Shown one piece after another: positions 24,160 to 36,842 of a DNA stretch of 64,000 bases. The stretch lies in assembly GCA_002269645.1 (NCBI GenBank), contig NIVC01002001.1:124001-188000 (forward strand), read 5' to 3'. Each line of letters opens with the position of its first letter. Positions within the stretch are counted from its first letter, which is position 1. Position numbers and translations under genes: made by a program. This stretch comes from Macrostomum lignano. Taxonomy: Eukaryota. The notes beneath the pieces are model-generated. The model had not been told where the DNA came from and searched no databases. It saw nothing but the letters and a program-made list of their open reading frames with translations.

Positions 24160-25311
24160 ATGGCAGCGAGAAAGCTAGCCAAAGCGCCTGTTCCACCGCA
24201 GCAGCAGCAGCAGCAGCCGAAGCACCCGGCCCTAGAAGAGGTTGTCAGCTCCATAAGCTTTGGTGCCGAGAGCAGCAGCGACGGCGGTAGCGAAGTTGCC
24301 GACGTTCGACTTCGAGGACAGGCGAGCCGGATGGTCAGGGGCACAGTCACCGACTCGCAGCAACAGCAGCAGCAGCAGCGGCAGCAGTCCACTGACCAGC
24401 AACCGCGGCAGCGAAGGACCGCCTACATGCCAAACAAGGCGCCGCCACCGCCGCCGCCGCCACTGACGCAGCACCAGTCGCCAGCGAAGCCGCCGGAACG
24501 CCCCGCAAGCGCCAGCAGTGCCGCCACGATTGTGCACCAAACCGTGTACACCAGAGCGAAAGAGCCGGACAGCACCAGCCGCAGGACAAATCTGTTTGCT
24601 CCAACGCCTCGACCGCTGAGCCAGCAGCCGCAGCCATGGGCGGTCAATAATGGAAGTCTTTCAAGGAAGTTCTCGTCAGACAGTAGGCGCAGTCTGTATA
24701 TGCCAGGTCAACAAGCAGGAGGCGACGGCCACCGCGGCGGCGGTCACACACTCAAGGGCCGACTTACCAACCTGTTCCGACGCAAGAGTCGGAAGCCACT
24801 ACCTGAGCAGGAGCAGCAACGCTGGGCAGGAAATCAGACCTACTGGCAGCAGCAACAGCAACAGCAGCAGCAGAGGCAGCGCAGGCATTCTGGAGGCTCA
24901 ACACCAACGACCGCTTTTGCATCGCAGCAGCAGCAGCCGCCGCCGCCTCAGTCGCCGCACCAGCTGGCCAGTCGAAAGAGCTTGCACACCTTCACCTACA
25001 CGGATGCCAAGATTTACCATCCCAACAATAACATGCAGCACATTGCAGGGCCGGCCAATGTTAACCCTACCGCTAGTGCGGTTGCTACCCAGTCTCCGGG
25101 GCCTCGGATACTGAAAAGTCAGGCGCCGCAGCCTCCACCGCCGTCATCAACCTCGCCTGCGGCAGCAGAGGAAGATTCGTCCAACAGGAATACAGTGTGG
25201 TGGGACATGCGGACAATGGGAGCAACTCGCAGTGCCTACAGCACGGACGTACTGCTGGTCAGGAATCCGGAGCCGATGCCGGATTACGAGACCGAGACGA
25301 CTCGGTTCTGA
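24160..25311 (+). CDS. Uncharacterised intronless 383-aa Gln/Pro-rich protein ending in a class I PDZ-binding-like motif (ETTRF)
   Basis: Long GC-rich ATG ORF with poly-Q, poly-P, a basic patch (LFRRKSRK) and a more complex C-terminus (TVWWDMRTMG..LLVRNPEPMPDYETETTRF). Confidence 0.8.
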   Translation: MAARKLAKAPVPPQQQQQQPKHPALEEVVSSISFGAESSSDGGSEVADVRLRGQASRMVRGTVTDSQQQQQQQRQQSTDQQPRQRRTAYMPNKAPPPPPPPLTQHQSPAKPPERPASASSAATIVHQTVYTRAKEPDSTSRRTNLFAPTPRPLSQQPQPWAVNNGSLSRKFSSDSRRSLYMPGQQAGGDGHRGGGHTLKGRLTNLFRRKSRKPLPEQEQQRWAGNQTYWQQQQQQQQQRQRRHSGGSTPTTAFASQQQQPPPPQSPHQLASRKSLHTFTYTDAKIYHPNNNMQHIAGPANVNPTASAVATQSPGPRILKSQAPQPPPPSSTSPAAAEEDSSNRNTVWWDMRTMGATRSAYSTDVLLVRNPEPMPDYETETTRF

Positions 25312-25542
25312 GGCCACGCGAGCGATTTGCGTTTGATGACTAACCTGTATATTGATAAGTTCAGGGCTGTACCATTGTCAGAATTAGTCATAGTAGTAGT
25401 ATTACTAACAGCTCTGGTGTTTCCACGTTCCTCACTGCCTCCGTAAGAAAAGTTTATTCATCACCGTCACCAATTTTTGATGTTGACTCTGAATACGTTC
25501 CATGTTCACCTCTAGGAGCGGTTAAATTCAAGAAGCCCTCTG

Positions 25543-25710
25543 TAGTGGGTAGCGCTGCTTCATCTACCAGATTCTCTAGTGGGTAGCGCTGCTTCATCTA
25601 CCAGATTCTCTAGTGGGTAGCGCTGCTTCATCTACCAGATTCTCTAGTGGGTAGCGCTGCTTCATCTACCAGATTCTCTAGTGGGTAGCGCTGCTTCATC
25701 TACCAGATTA
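25543..25710. repeat. 34-bp tandem repeat (TAGTGGGTAGCGCTGCTTCATCTACCAGATTCTC), about 5 copies
   Basis: Direct reading. Confidence 0.95.
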
Positions 25711-26757
25711 TCTGCTGAGTGACGCTGCAAGTACACGTACCTCTTCCCCAGATGTCTGTATGTTTTTTTAAGCGTAAGTACATTTAAAGATTCTCATACC
25801 CATCGCTATTGCCCATAAGCTACTTGAGAGAATATTGTCAGAATAATTAGTATTTAAACCGCATATTTACTATCTCTAAACCTGCATACAGTAACAAACT
25901 TATTATTATTCGAAGACTTTTCTGAACATTTGCCAGTCTATTGGCGTTGACTTAAAATCAATAAAATCAATATTTATTGATTAGGGGCACGACTAGAACT
26001 ATAGAACTGCTGCTGAAAATAATGTAGAAGTAAATTCAAGTCATTTAAAAACGCATAATCCAACAATTTATCTGAGGACGATAATATAGTTAGTAGTTCT
26101 GTATTTATAAAACAGAAATAACCCGTTTTTTTCTCAGGGTGCAATAAAAAGCTATCAGAAATTCGTGCAGGTGTGTGGGCTAACTAACGAGACACGCCAA
26201 TCAAGCAGGGGTCTGACAGAGGAATAGCAAAAATTGGATCATTAAAGCTGTTTGCTTCACATGCAGGCATGAAATTGTGGGAACTTGTTTTCCCGATAAC
26301 AGAGGTGATAATTATAAAACAAAGAGTAGAAAACGTGATAGGGGGGGATTACACGAACAAAGACTGATTGGACTGACTAACGTATAAGATAATAACTGCG
26401 CATACAGGCTACAAAAATACAACGTCTTTCTAAATCTTTAGTTGCTGTAAACACAAAAGCAGGTAAAAAGCTAGGGTTTTTGCAACTAAAAAATAAAAGG
26501 GACTAGAAGCGGCAGAAGCATTGAAACTTAAAAACAATAATATTCGCGATAAAAATGTTAGTAATATTGATATTTTATGACTTTTATCATTGAAGAATGG
26601 TTTCAGAAAATACAAACATAATCGCTTTAGAATGACTATTTCGATGTTAACATGTTTTGAACTTCCATTTTGCTGACGTTAAAACAATATCTTTCACTCA
26701 CTTTGAGTGTTTATTGAAAAGTAAAATGTAAAAGTACATTCATTTAAACCACAATAC

Positions 26758-27265
26758 ACTCGTCGCTGATTGGCTGGCCGAAATTCTAGACTCGTCAGCT
26801 GACCCTAACTTCTCCCCCAACCCATTCTTGTCGCTGATTGGCCGGCCGACATTCTAGACTAGTCAGCTGACTGACCCTAACTTCTCCCCCAACCCATTCT
26901 TGTCGCTGATTGGCTGGCCGAAATTCTAGACTCGTCAGCTGACCCTAACTTCTCCCCCAACCCATTCTTGTCGCTGATTGGCCGGCCGACATTCTAGACT
27001 CACTCGTCGGCTGACCCTAACTTCTCCCCCGACCCCATCTCGTCGCTGATTGACTAGCCGACATTCTAGACTCGTCAGCTGACCCTGACTTTTTCCCCAA
27101 CCCCATTCTCGTCGCTGATTGGCTGGCTGACATTCTAGACTCACTCGTCGGCTGACCCTAACTTCTTGCTCAACCCATTCTCGTCGCTGATTGGCTGGCC
27201 GAAATTCTAGACTCGTCGGCTGACCCTAACTTCTCCCTCAACCCCATCTCGTCGCTGATTGGCTA
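26758..27265. repeat. ~64-72-bp minisatellite downstream of the SERINC stop codon
   Basis: About 7 copies of TCGCTGATTGGCTGGCCGA(A/C)ATTCTAGACTCGTC(A/G)GCTGACCCTAACTTCTCCCCCAACCC. Confidence 0.93.
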
Positions 27266-27336
27266 CACGACAATCACACGATACAGCAACTAAAAATATC
27301 AAAGTTTTGCGAATAAAAAGAGTCCTTTTCTTTTCT

Positions 27337-30300
27337 TCACGAGAAATCTCTGTCCTGAAGTACAACGGGAGCCCAGAGGGTCCACACGTACAACAGTAGG
27401 CATAGCCAAGATGAAACCGTCTTAATCCACAGGGCGGCATTGTTGGTTTGCATAGTCTGCAGATTGGAGCTCGGGCTGTACCAGTTAGTGATGGTCATCA
27501 TTACGTACAGCGAGGCCAGGGCCAGCATCACGTGCAGCATGCAGTAGCTATAAGCAACGCATTCCTCTTCGTCGTTTACAATCGTTTGACCTTCCTTGTC
27601 CTGACCGCTAGAATTGTCATTAGTCTGTAAATTTACAAGAGATTGAAAGCGCCATGTTCTACTTTCGTCAGTAGGAGACAGGGGAATTATTTTTAAATAA
27701 AAGATTAATGTCGTTTGAATAAAAAAGGAAGGGTTTAAGTTGAAAGAAACTTAAAAGAAGGGTCCTCAGGGTAGCTACTCAAGGGTCCTCAGGGTGACTA
27801 CTTAAGGGTCCTCAGGGTGGCTACTCAAGGGTACTCAGGGTAACTACTCAAGGGTACTCAGGATAGCTACTCAAGGGTACTCAGGGTGGCTACTCAAGGG
27901 TACTCAGGATAGCTACTCAAGGGTACTCAGGATAGCTACTCAAGGGTACTCAGGATAGCTACTCAAGGGTACTCAGGGTAGCTACTCGAGGGTACTCAGG
28001 ATAGCTACTTAAGGGTACTCAGGATAGCTACTCAAGGGTACTCAGAGTATCTACTCAAAGGGTACTCAGGGTATTAGTTCTCACAAAGTCAGAATATAGC
28101 GGAAAAAAGAGTTTTAAAACAGAATAACAATGTAGACAAACAAAAATTCATACTTTCCAATTCGCTAAAATGCTGGGAACTTACTTCAACAGGCTCCAAA
28201 AGAATTGGATTTTCCATGCCATCCCGAGTCTAAAAAATTAATCAAAGCAAAAACAGTAAACTTCAAATTGAAACTGAAGAATAACTTGATTAAATAAACA
28301 ATTAACACAATAGGACTTGAATGAAACAATTTGAAACACCAAATAATTTCAAAGCTTACATTCATGTCTAATCGACCGACACTGCTATGAGCCGACGTGC
28401 GCAGGGTTGAGTACAGCACGGCCACAATGAACACGGCAAGAGTTGCCCAAGTCTGAAGTTCGAATCCCACTCCGACAGAGGTCTCACTGTGTTTACTGCT
28501 ACCTTCGGGACTGTGCCGAGTGTAATTGTTCAACGTGAGTGTCGGGTTGCAGGCTGGCAGAGTGCTGGAACTCACTGCAGACCAGGTCAGGTACATCACG
28601 TATAGAGAGATGAGGCCGCCCTGAAGCAGGCCGGAGCGCTGGTGCTCCTGAACTGCCGGCAGCACCGACATGGCGCTGGCAATGATGCAGAAGATCAGAT
28701 TCACCGAGATGAGGGCTTGGTTTGTGACGCATAGGGCTGCGGGATTGGAGGGTAACGTTAATTCAGTTGAGAATGTATGGAGGTATTATTGAGTACACAG
28801 GGCTTCAGGAGGCTGCTCATGTCGCTTCAGGAGGCTGCTCATGTCGCTTCAGGAGGCTGCTCATGTCGCTTCAGGAGGCTGCTCATGTCGCTTCAGGAGG
28901 CTGCTCATGTCGCTTCAGGAGGCTGCTCATGTCGCTTCAGGAGGCTACTCATGTCGCTTCAGGAAGCTACTCATGGCGCTTCAGGAGGCTGCTCATGTCG
29001 CTTCAGGAAGCTACTCATAATGATTCAGGAAGCTACTCGTGACGCTTCAGGAAGCTACTCATGGCGCTTCAGGAGGCTACTTATGACGCTTCAGGAAGCC
29101 AGCCCCTATCTCTTCAGGGAAGCCAGCCCCCATTCCTTCAGGGAAGCCAGCCCCCATTCCTTCAGGGAAGCCAGCCCCATTCCTTCAGGGAAGCCAGCCC
29201 CTATCTCTTCAGGGAAGCCAGCCCCTATCTCTTCAGGGAAGCCAGCCCTCATTCCTTCAGGGAAGCCAGCCCCCATTCCTTCAGGGAAGCCAGCCCCTAT
29301 CTCTTCAGGGAAGCCAGCCCCTATCTCTTCAGGGAAGCCAGCCCCCATTCCTTCAGGGAAGCCAGCCCCCATTCCTTCAGGGAAGCCAGCCCCTATCTCT
29401 TCAGGGAAGCCAGCCCCCATCCCTTCAGGGAAGCCAGCCCCCATTCCTTTATCTCTCACCATTAGCCCCGTAGTACACGTAGAGCAGGACAGTGAGCGCA
29501 ATAGCGGCAGAGTAGAACAGCACGGTGAAGAACAGCAGGCCGCAGTAGTACCAGTTACTGCCAGACTCTTCGTAGCCTTCTGTCCATCTTTCATTCCAAC
29601 AGTGAGCAAAGTCAATGAGCAGCACCAGCTGGATGATGATGAACAGCAGGCTGCCGCACATGCCGAAGATCATCCACACTGTGGTGAAGTCGCTGCTAGC
29701 CGGGATAAAGAATGCCCCGACCCACAGTAGGATGAGGGCCAACAGTTTGAAGAACCAGAAGCCGTTGTGCAGAGTGGCGCGAATGTCTCTGGGTGCATTG
29801 GGGCGAGAGGGGTGGAAGTCTCGTGACTGGCTGCTGGTGGGAGAGGCCGGTTCGAGGTGAACAGGAAATCAATGGGTAATAAAAAGAAACGTAGGGATGG
29901 TGGAAGGGAGAGATGAAGGGATGCTGGAAGGGAGAGATAAAAGGATGCTGGAAGGGACAGATGTAGTGATGATGGAAGGGAGAGATGAAGGGATGATGGA
30001 AGGGACAGCTGAAGGGATGATGGAAGGGAGAGATGAAGGGATGACGGAAGGGAGAGATGAAGGGATGATGGAAGGGCGAGATAAAGGTATGATGGAAGGG
30101 AGAGATGAAGGGATGGTGAAAGGGATATATGAAGGGATGATGGAAGGGAGAGATGAAGGGATGATGGAAGGGAGAGATGAAGGGATGATGGAAGGGAGAG
30201 ATGAAGGGATGATGGAAGGGAGAGATGAAGGGATGATGGAAGGGAGAGATGAAGGGATGATGGAAGGGAGAAATGAAGGGATGATGAAAGGGAGAGATGT

Positions 30301-31211
30301 AGTGATGATGGAAGAGAGAGATGAAGGGATGATAGAAGGGAGAGATAAAAGGATGCTGGAAGGGCGAGATGAAGGTATGATGGAAGAGAGAGATGAAGGG
30401 ATGATGAAAGGGATACATGAAGGGATGATGGAAGGGAGAGATGAAGGGATGATGAAAGGGATACATGAAGGGATGATGGAAGGGAGAGATGAAGGGATGA
30501 TGAAAGGGATACATGAAGGGATGATGGAAGGGAGAGATGAAGGGATGATGAAAGGGATACATGAAGGGATGATGGAAAGGAGAGATGAAGGGATGATGGA
30601 AGGGAGAGATGTAGTGATGATGGAAGAGAGAGATGAAGGGATGATGGAAGGGATACATGAAGGGATGATGGAATGAAGAAAAAGAAGTTGAAGGGATGAT
30701 GGAAGGGAGAGGTGAAGGAATGAAGAAGGGAGACAAAGGGATGATGGAAAGGAGAAATTTAAGGAAAAGACAACCAGAGATAATAAGGGCATATAAAGAT
30801 AAAAATCATGCGACTCTAAAAGTACACAGTCAAACGGACTCACTTGCTGTGCCTCACTTTAATAGTGAGCAGGGCCATCAGCACAAAGAACGCCGTGGCT
30901 CCGAACTCTACCCGATAGACCGCACCAAATCCAAGCACAAGATCGCAATTGAAGCCGCTCTTCACGCCTGTGTCAATTTTGCCAATCGACGTGTCGATCT
31001 TGTAGGTGTCGCACAGGGCTGGCACCTTGGCTAGAAGAGTTTTCATGCCTGGAGCCAGCATGATGCAGGACAGAATGGTGCTCAGCAGGAACAGCAGCGA
31101 GTACATCAGCCGAGTGGAGGTTGAGCTGCGGCATGAAGGACAAGCTGAGCAGCAGAGAGATGCGGCCGAGCTGCAGAAGCAGCAAGCCACTGTGCTGATG
31201 CAGCAGCCCAT
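27337..31211 (-). CDS. SERINC: Serine incorporator (SERINC/TDE) multipass membrane protein, 468 aa, 5 exons
   Basis: Exons 31211-30844, 29788-29460, 28736-28360, 28229-28185 and 27624-27337 total 1407 nt, all GT-AG and phase-consistent. Family motifs: MGCC..CC..CPSCRSSTSTRLMY, HNGFWFFK, QLVLLIDFAHCWNE, RSGLLQ..YVMYLTWSA, LASLYVMMTITNWYSP, WTLWAP. Confidence 0.95.
27762..28074. repeat. 23-bp minisatellite in SERINC intron 4
   Basis: GCTACTCAAGGGTACTCAGGATA tandem units. Confidence 0.93.
28801..29449. repeat. Two adjacent minisatellites (22-bp CTTCAGGAGGCTGCTCATGTCG; ~24-bp TTCAGGGAAGCCAGCCCCTATCTC) filling SERINC intron 2
   Basis: Direct reading; the two units share a CTTCAGG core. Confidence 0.93.
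29895..30750. repeat. 24-bp minisatellite (ATGGAAGGGAGAGATGAAGGGATG) filling SERINC intron 1
   Basis: Direct reading; explains ORFs 29696-30736, 29869-30843 and 29897-30676. Confidence 0.95.
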
Positions 31212-33861
31212 TGCTTAATGCTTTATATTGTATCAAAATTTTAACCAAAGAAGGTAGCAATGTCTGATGCTTAACTCTGTTGTGTATGCATGCAGTTAAT
31301 TTAATTTAATTGTTTACAAATCACTTCAATGGTAAAATCAGTGCATTCAATCAGAGATATTTTTGTTTTAATATTTTTAAATAACAGCTAGAGAATCCTG
31401 TTTTATAAAGTAAAGCTTAAAATAACATGAAAATTCACAAACCTTTTTAATTAAAAAAGTAAATTGTATATTTATTTGAACTACAAGTATAATGCAATGA
31501 TAATGCAATAATTTTGGAAACTTAATGGTTCAATTCAAAAGTTCAATATCTGAAAATGAATAACTAATTATTGCATTAAAAGAATAATTTTTTTCATGTA
31601 CTATTGTAGATGTTATTATAGTAATATTCCTAAGATAGTAACCCTTTTAAATAATAAATAAGGCCTATCAAGGAACCCTTGCAATGAAGGCCCATTTCTA
31701 ATACTTATTATTTCATTTATAATTTCTCAATAGTTGCTACAATCTATATTTGTATATTATAGATATCTATATCCACATGGATATCTTTATATCCATAAGA
31801 AAACTTGAGTTGAAACTTCTTAAAAGAATGATTTCTTTATAGAGATAGAAAAAATGAATACCTAATAAATGCTACTATCATTAGCAATGAGAATGTCTAT
31901 GGCCATTTTTGCTAATATGTATGTTTATCAAGGAAACTGTCTCTTAGCATTAATAAAAAAATAAGATTCTTAATGAATTAATGGTTTTTAAAAGAATATT
32001 GGCCTAATATTAGCTTATTATAATAATATTATGGTAATAGCAATAGCAACAATAATAATAGTAATATATTACCAATTATGACAAAAGCCATATAAAAAAA
32101 CATTAAATAGATATACTATATGGTTATTTATACTCATTGTAAATTATGTATTTAGGCCTATGTATTACGAGCTAAGACATATAAGCTCCAACAAAGACAG
32201 TGCCAAAATTATTATATATATGAAAAGATACAATGGCTGGTTATACATTTGCTTACATAGCTATATAATTATGATTACCTAATTAAATAGGCCCATACAT
32301 ACCTTACATTCTAATAACCTATATGTTGTTGAATTACAATTTTTAATATGAAGTATATGGATAAATACTGTTTTATTTTTTTATGCTCTAATATATTCAA
32401 TTGGTCTCCTCATCTGGCATGTATAACTTATTCTATATCTATATATCTGTATTATCAAGGGTCCTATCCATTGTTGATTGAAGAATTTCACACATGAAAA
32501 TGATTACCACATGCGAATTAGAATTGGATACTATAGCCAAATTGAGTCTATGCAGTTGTTCACCTATCATCAGAGACTTAACACCATTTGCTTACGTCAA
32601 AGTGTAAACAAAATCGTGGTAATTTAATAAAAAATACATAAATGCTTACATAAACAAACATGTTTATGAATAGATTGAATAATAAATTAATGAATTAAGA
32701 AATAAGAAATGCCTACCGGTAAAAATAATTGATTAAGAGCAAGAAACAGTCCAGCTATTACCTAATAAAATTTTTTTAAGCAACTGACTGACAAATTCAC
32801 TTCTATTTATACTCCATGCTATAGTATATAAAAACAGACAGACCTTAGAGCTTTAGTATATTGTGATTGTGATGAAGGATCGTGTCACCTGATAATTCGA
32901 AGAAATACCGCGGATTTCAAAAAATTACGTTTACAAGATCGAAACTGCAATCAAACAAACGAGTTTAAAAAAGATTGTGTTGTAACAAAAACTATTACTT
33001 TTACAGTTTTAAAAGTTCAAAAGTTTAAAGTTTATTTTCTTTTGTATGTACCGATGCTTATTAGACAAAATAGTTATAAAGTTTCTAACGAAGGACACAT
33101 TACCGTAACATTGTACATTACCGTACATTACAGTGTACATTAATACTTTATAGTAATAAAGTAACAGCTTCTAAAGACCTCCTTGTTTTGTACTGCCACT
33201 GTCTACATTTATATACAATTTAAAATAGAATAACGCCATAGTACAGTGTGCACTTATTTTTTTGGCAAAATTATAATTTTTCGAAGTTGTGATTTTTATT
33301 ATCAGAATGTAAAACAACGATTGGCAAAGAAACGTGAAAAAATATTCAAAAATTTAGTAAGAAACAAAAACCAATTAATCGCGTATATGATGGCATGGGT
33401 ATATTCGAATTCAATAGAAAATGCAATCGACAAATTAGTAAAAAGTGAAAAATACAGTATAAGATTTCAGCATCAAAGCGAATGAAGAACTGCAAAGAGA
33501 TTCAGCCGTGATCAATACATTTATGGAGAAATATGTGTCGACGAAGTTATCCATATCAAGAACAATAATCACTATTAGCGGAATCTTGGGAATTTAAAAA
33601 TTCTATTATCTTATCTTATATAATTTCGTGTTTCGAAGTTTATGCCCGCGTAAAACATCTCGTTAAGTGTAATCACGTTGAAAAACTACCATCACGAGAA
33701 GAACAGTTCGACCGGACTGGGCTTTCTCTGTATAATATAATTCAAATCCATGCAGCCGATCAGAGTCAAACATTTTTGAGTTTGATTTTTGATTTTTGAT
33801 TTTTGAGATTCTTTCAATTTTCAGACATCGATGTCGTAGAAACAGTTGCCTGAACCAAGTT

Positions 33862-36842
33862 CTACTGACACGCTTTGTAGACGTACATATAGTTCCTTCC
33901 AGCATTATTGTCCCAGTGCACCTGCCCGTCAGCCGAGTAGCTCAACGCCAGTTCAAATGCGGCCGCGCCAGCTGGCACCTGGAGTCGAGCTCGGAATCTC
34001 TCTTGACCACCAGGATGGCAATCGGCCAGAGTCTGGCAGTAGCGCAGAGACCAGTCAGACTGGTGACGCCAATTGTCAAAGGTGACCCGGGCCATGACCC
34101 GCTTCTCCGGGGCGATGTTCAGCACGCGAGCGGTCAGCTCGAGAATCTGACTGGGCTCAGAGAAGAAGCGGACGGATTCCAATGCAATGGGACGGCCGGG
34201 GCCTGCGGTCTGAGCGGGATCCCAAGGCGTTATCGATGTCCAGTTGGGATCTTCAGATTGGTGCAGCAGAGACTGTTGGGCAACAGTTGACGGCGACATT
34301 GGAGAGCAAGACTGCAGCAGAGATTCGGTCTCCGTTGCAAATATTCTTCCTCTGTTCAGCTCGCTGTTCTCTGCCGCGGTGTCGCCGGACTGACCGAAGC
34401 CGCTGAACATTCCCTGAACATCCGCTGCAGCTGCGGACGCGTAAAACTGAAAATTGAAAATTAGTAAGGTCCATAGCTTCACTGAGAGTAAATGCACTTG
34501 TTCCAGTTTAAAAATCTGGATACACACGCGTCACACAAAGGTGTACAACGGCCCTTTGACTTTCTAATTCGTCAGACATGTACATTCTCTGTGCCTTGGG
34601 GGTTGGCCCTGATCATGGCTGTGAATCTCACGAACAATTTTTCTGCACAAGCCCCAAGTTATTGTGGCTGCACACGATGGTCAACTTTCCAGGAAAAATT
34701 CACTGTGCAGACAGAAGTTTTATTCGCGTCGAGGCATCGAAAAACATTGAGTTTCGATGATGTTCTTGTGTAAGTTGATTCACTGATCTACCAATGACTA
34801 CTCATCTACCATCATCTACTATGACTACTCATCTACTAATCTACTATGGCTACTCATTTACTATGACTACTCATCTGCTATGGCTACTCATTTGCTATGA
34901 CTATACTCATCTGCTATGACTACTCATCTACCATCGTCTAATAAGACTACTTATCTACTATGACTACTCATCTACCGTCATCTACTATGACTACTCATCT
35001 ACTAATCTACTATGGCTACTCATTTACTATGACTACTCATCTGCTATGGCTACTCATTTGCTATGACTATACTCATCTGCTATGACTACTCATCTACCAT
35101 CGTCTACTAAGACTACTCATCTACTATGACTACTCATCTACAGTACTATGACTACTCATCTACCGTCATCTACTAAGACTACTTATCTACTAAGACTACT
35201 CATCTACCGTCATCTACTATGAATACTTATCTACTATGACTAGTCATCTACTCATCTGCTATGACTTCTCATCTACCATGACTACTCATCTGCCATGGCT
35301 ACTTATCTACTATGACTACTTATCTACTGACTAATCATCTTCTATGACTACTCATCTACTGTGCCTACTCAACAGATATGATGAGAATATTAACTTACAT
35401 CAAGCAGCAGATCCTCATCGCTGAGAAATTGAGCTCCGAATTCGATGTTGCTGCGAGCAGCAGCGGCTCCAGCAATGAGCACAACGGACGCCAGGTCGAA
35501 GCCCAGCGCGTCGGCAAAGCGAACTCGCTTCCGCAGTCGGGCTGGAAAATCCAACGAATCTCTGGCGGCATCTGACGGCCGCGTTTTAAACTTCTGCGCT
35601 GTTGGTGGAGGCGGCGCCGGCTGCGGCATGGGGCGCTGTGGGTCTCCATTGCTTCCACCGTTGTCGTCAGCGTCATCTCGGTCGCGATATCGGTGACTCG
35701 ATAGCCAGAGCAGCTCCTGAGCTGAACCGAACTTCTGCCGCAGTGTCGTCGCTCCTGAACGAGTCCTTCGAGCTTGCGGACGATGAGCAGTTAAATCGTT
35801 GTCAAGGTAGCAGTAGTGCAGGTTTCTGGCGCCAGCTGGAGTTGCTACATCCAGGTGAGAATCTGTGTCGGCAAGCTGAGGCAGGAAGCCTGCGGCAATG
35901 GCCGTGTTGTCAGCGTCGCCGCAAACGGCCGTCTCGTTTGTTGCTGCTTGCGTGCGCTGTGTTGGCAAAATTTGGGTATGATCCGATTGTAGTTTAGTAT
36001 AGGGTGCGGTGCTGTGTATCCCCGATACTCCCGTAGATTTTCCGCATCCAATTGCTTTAATAGACTATACTCGCTGGTAATTGAGCAGGTTTTTCTGCTA
36101 GTCCTGATGACACTTTAAAACTTTTTGCATGCAAACCTCTGATATTCACTCGATACTTTCCAGGTAGACTTGTACCTACATGTACCTAGCAAATTGAAAT
36201 GCATGTTTAGCAAAAAACCCACACCTTTGCAGCGGCATTCAAATCCTGCGGACGAGATAGCGTCATCGTAGGAGCACCTGGAATCTGTTGCTGCTGCAGT
36301 TTGCTCAATCCGGCCAGGGAAGCGCTGGATGACGAAGCTAGAGGCGGTGGGAACTCGTCCGCGTCGTCGGGATTGCAGTCCTCAGCAGTGTTGATGCCGC
36401 TGTAATCCAACGGTCGCGTTGACCGGGCCGCTCCGGCCGTGACTGTTGACGAAGCAACAACAATTCGACCATCGTCGGTGGTCTCGCTGCCGCCAATCAT
36501 TGGCGAAGACGGCGACTGCGACTGGCAGCTCTCGCCGCCCAGTGTTCGCTCCAGATCGCCGGCCAGGCAGGCGACGAAGTCGGCGGCGTCGGCCTGATGC
36601 TGAGCTCCGCCGGCGCCGCCGGGGCCATAGCAGCCGGCGGCTGAAGAGTAAGATGCTTCCAGCGACAGCGGACTGTTGCTAGCGGTTAGAAACTGGGCCT
36701 CATCGTCGGTGTCCGAGGAGTAGCAGCAGCAGGCGTTGTCGACACCGTGACGATGATGATGATGATGATGCGGCTGGCGCTGCTGGCCGTTTGTTGGACG
36801 CAAATCTTCGCAACAGCTGTGAAACGATGCGTCATCTGTCAT
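33862..36842 (-). CDS. PPP1R3: Glycogen-targeting protein phosphatase 1 regulatory subunit (PPP1R3 family, CBM21), about 586 aa, 3 exons
   Basis: Exons 36842-36225, 35956-35399 (acceptor is the best guess) and 34446-33862, all phase 0. RVxF motif KRVRFADALG; CBM21 motifs ARVLNIAPEKRVMARVTFDNW and FELALSY..HWDNNAGRNY. Confidence 0.88.
34795..35362. repeat. ~17-bp degenerate repeat (CTACTATGACTACTCAT) in PPP1R3 intron 2
   Basis: Direct reading. Confidence 0.92.

Noticed and set aside
28455-28470. tRNA B-box-like GTTCGAATCCC
   Set aside because: It lies antisense within a SERINC coding exon, with no cloverleaf.
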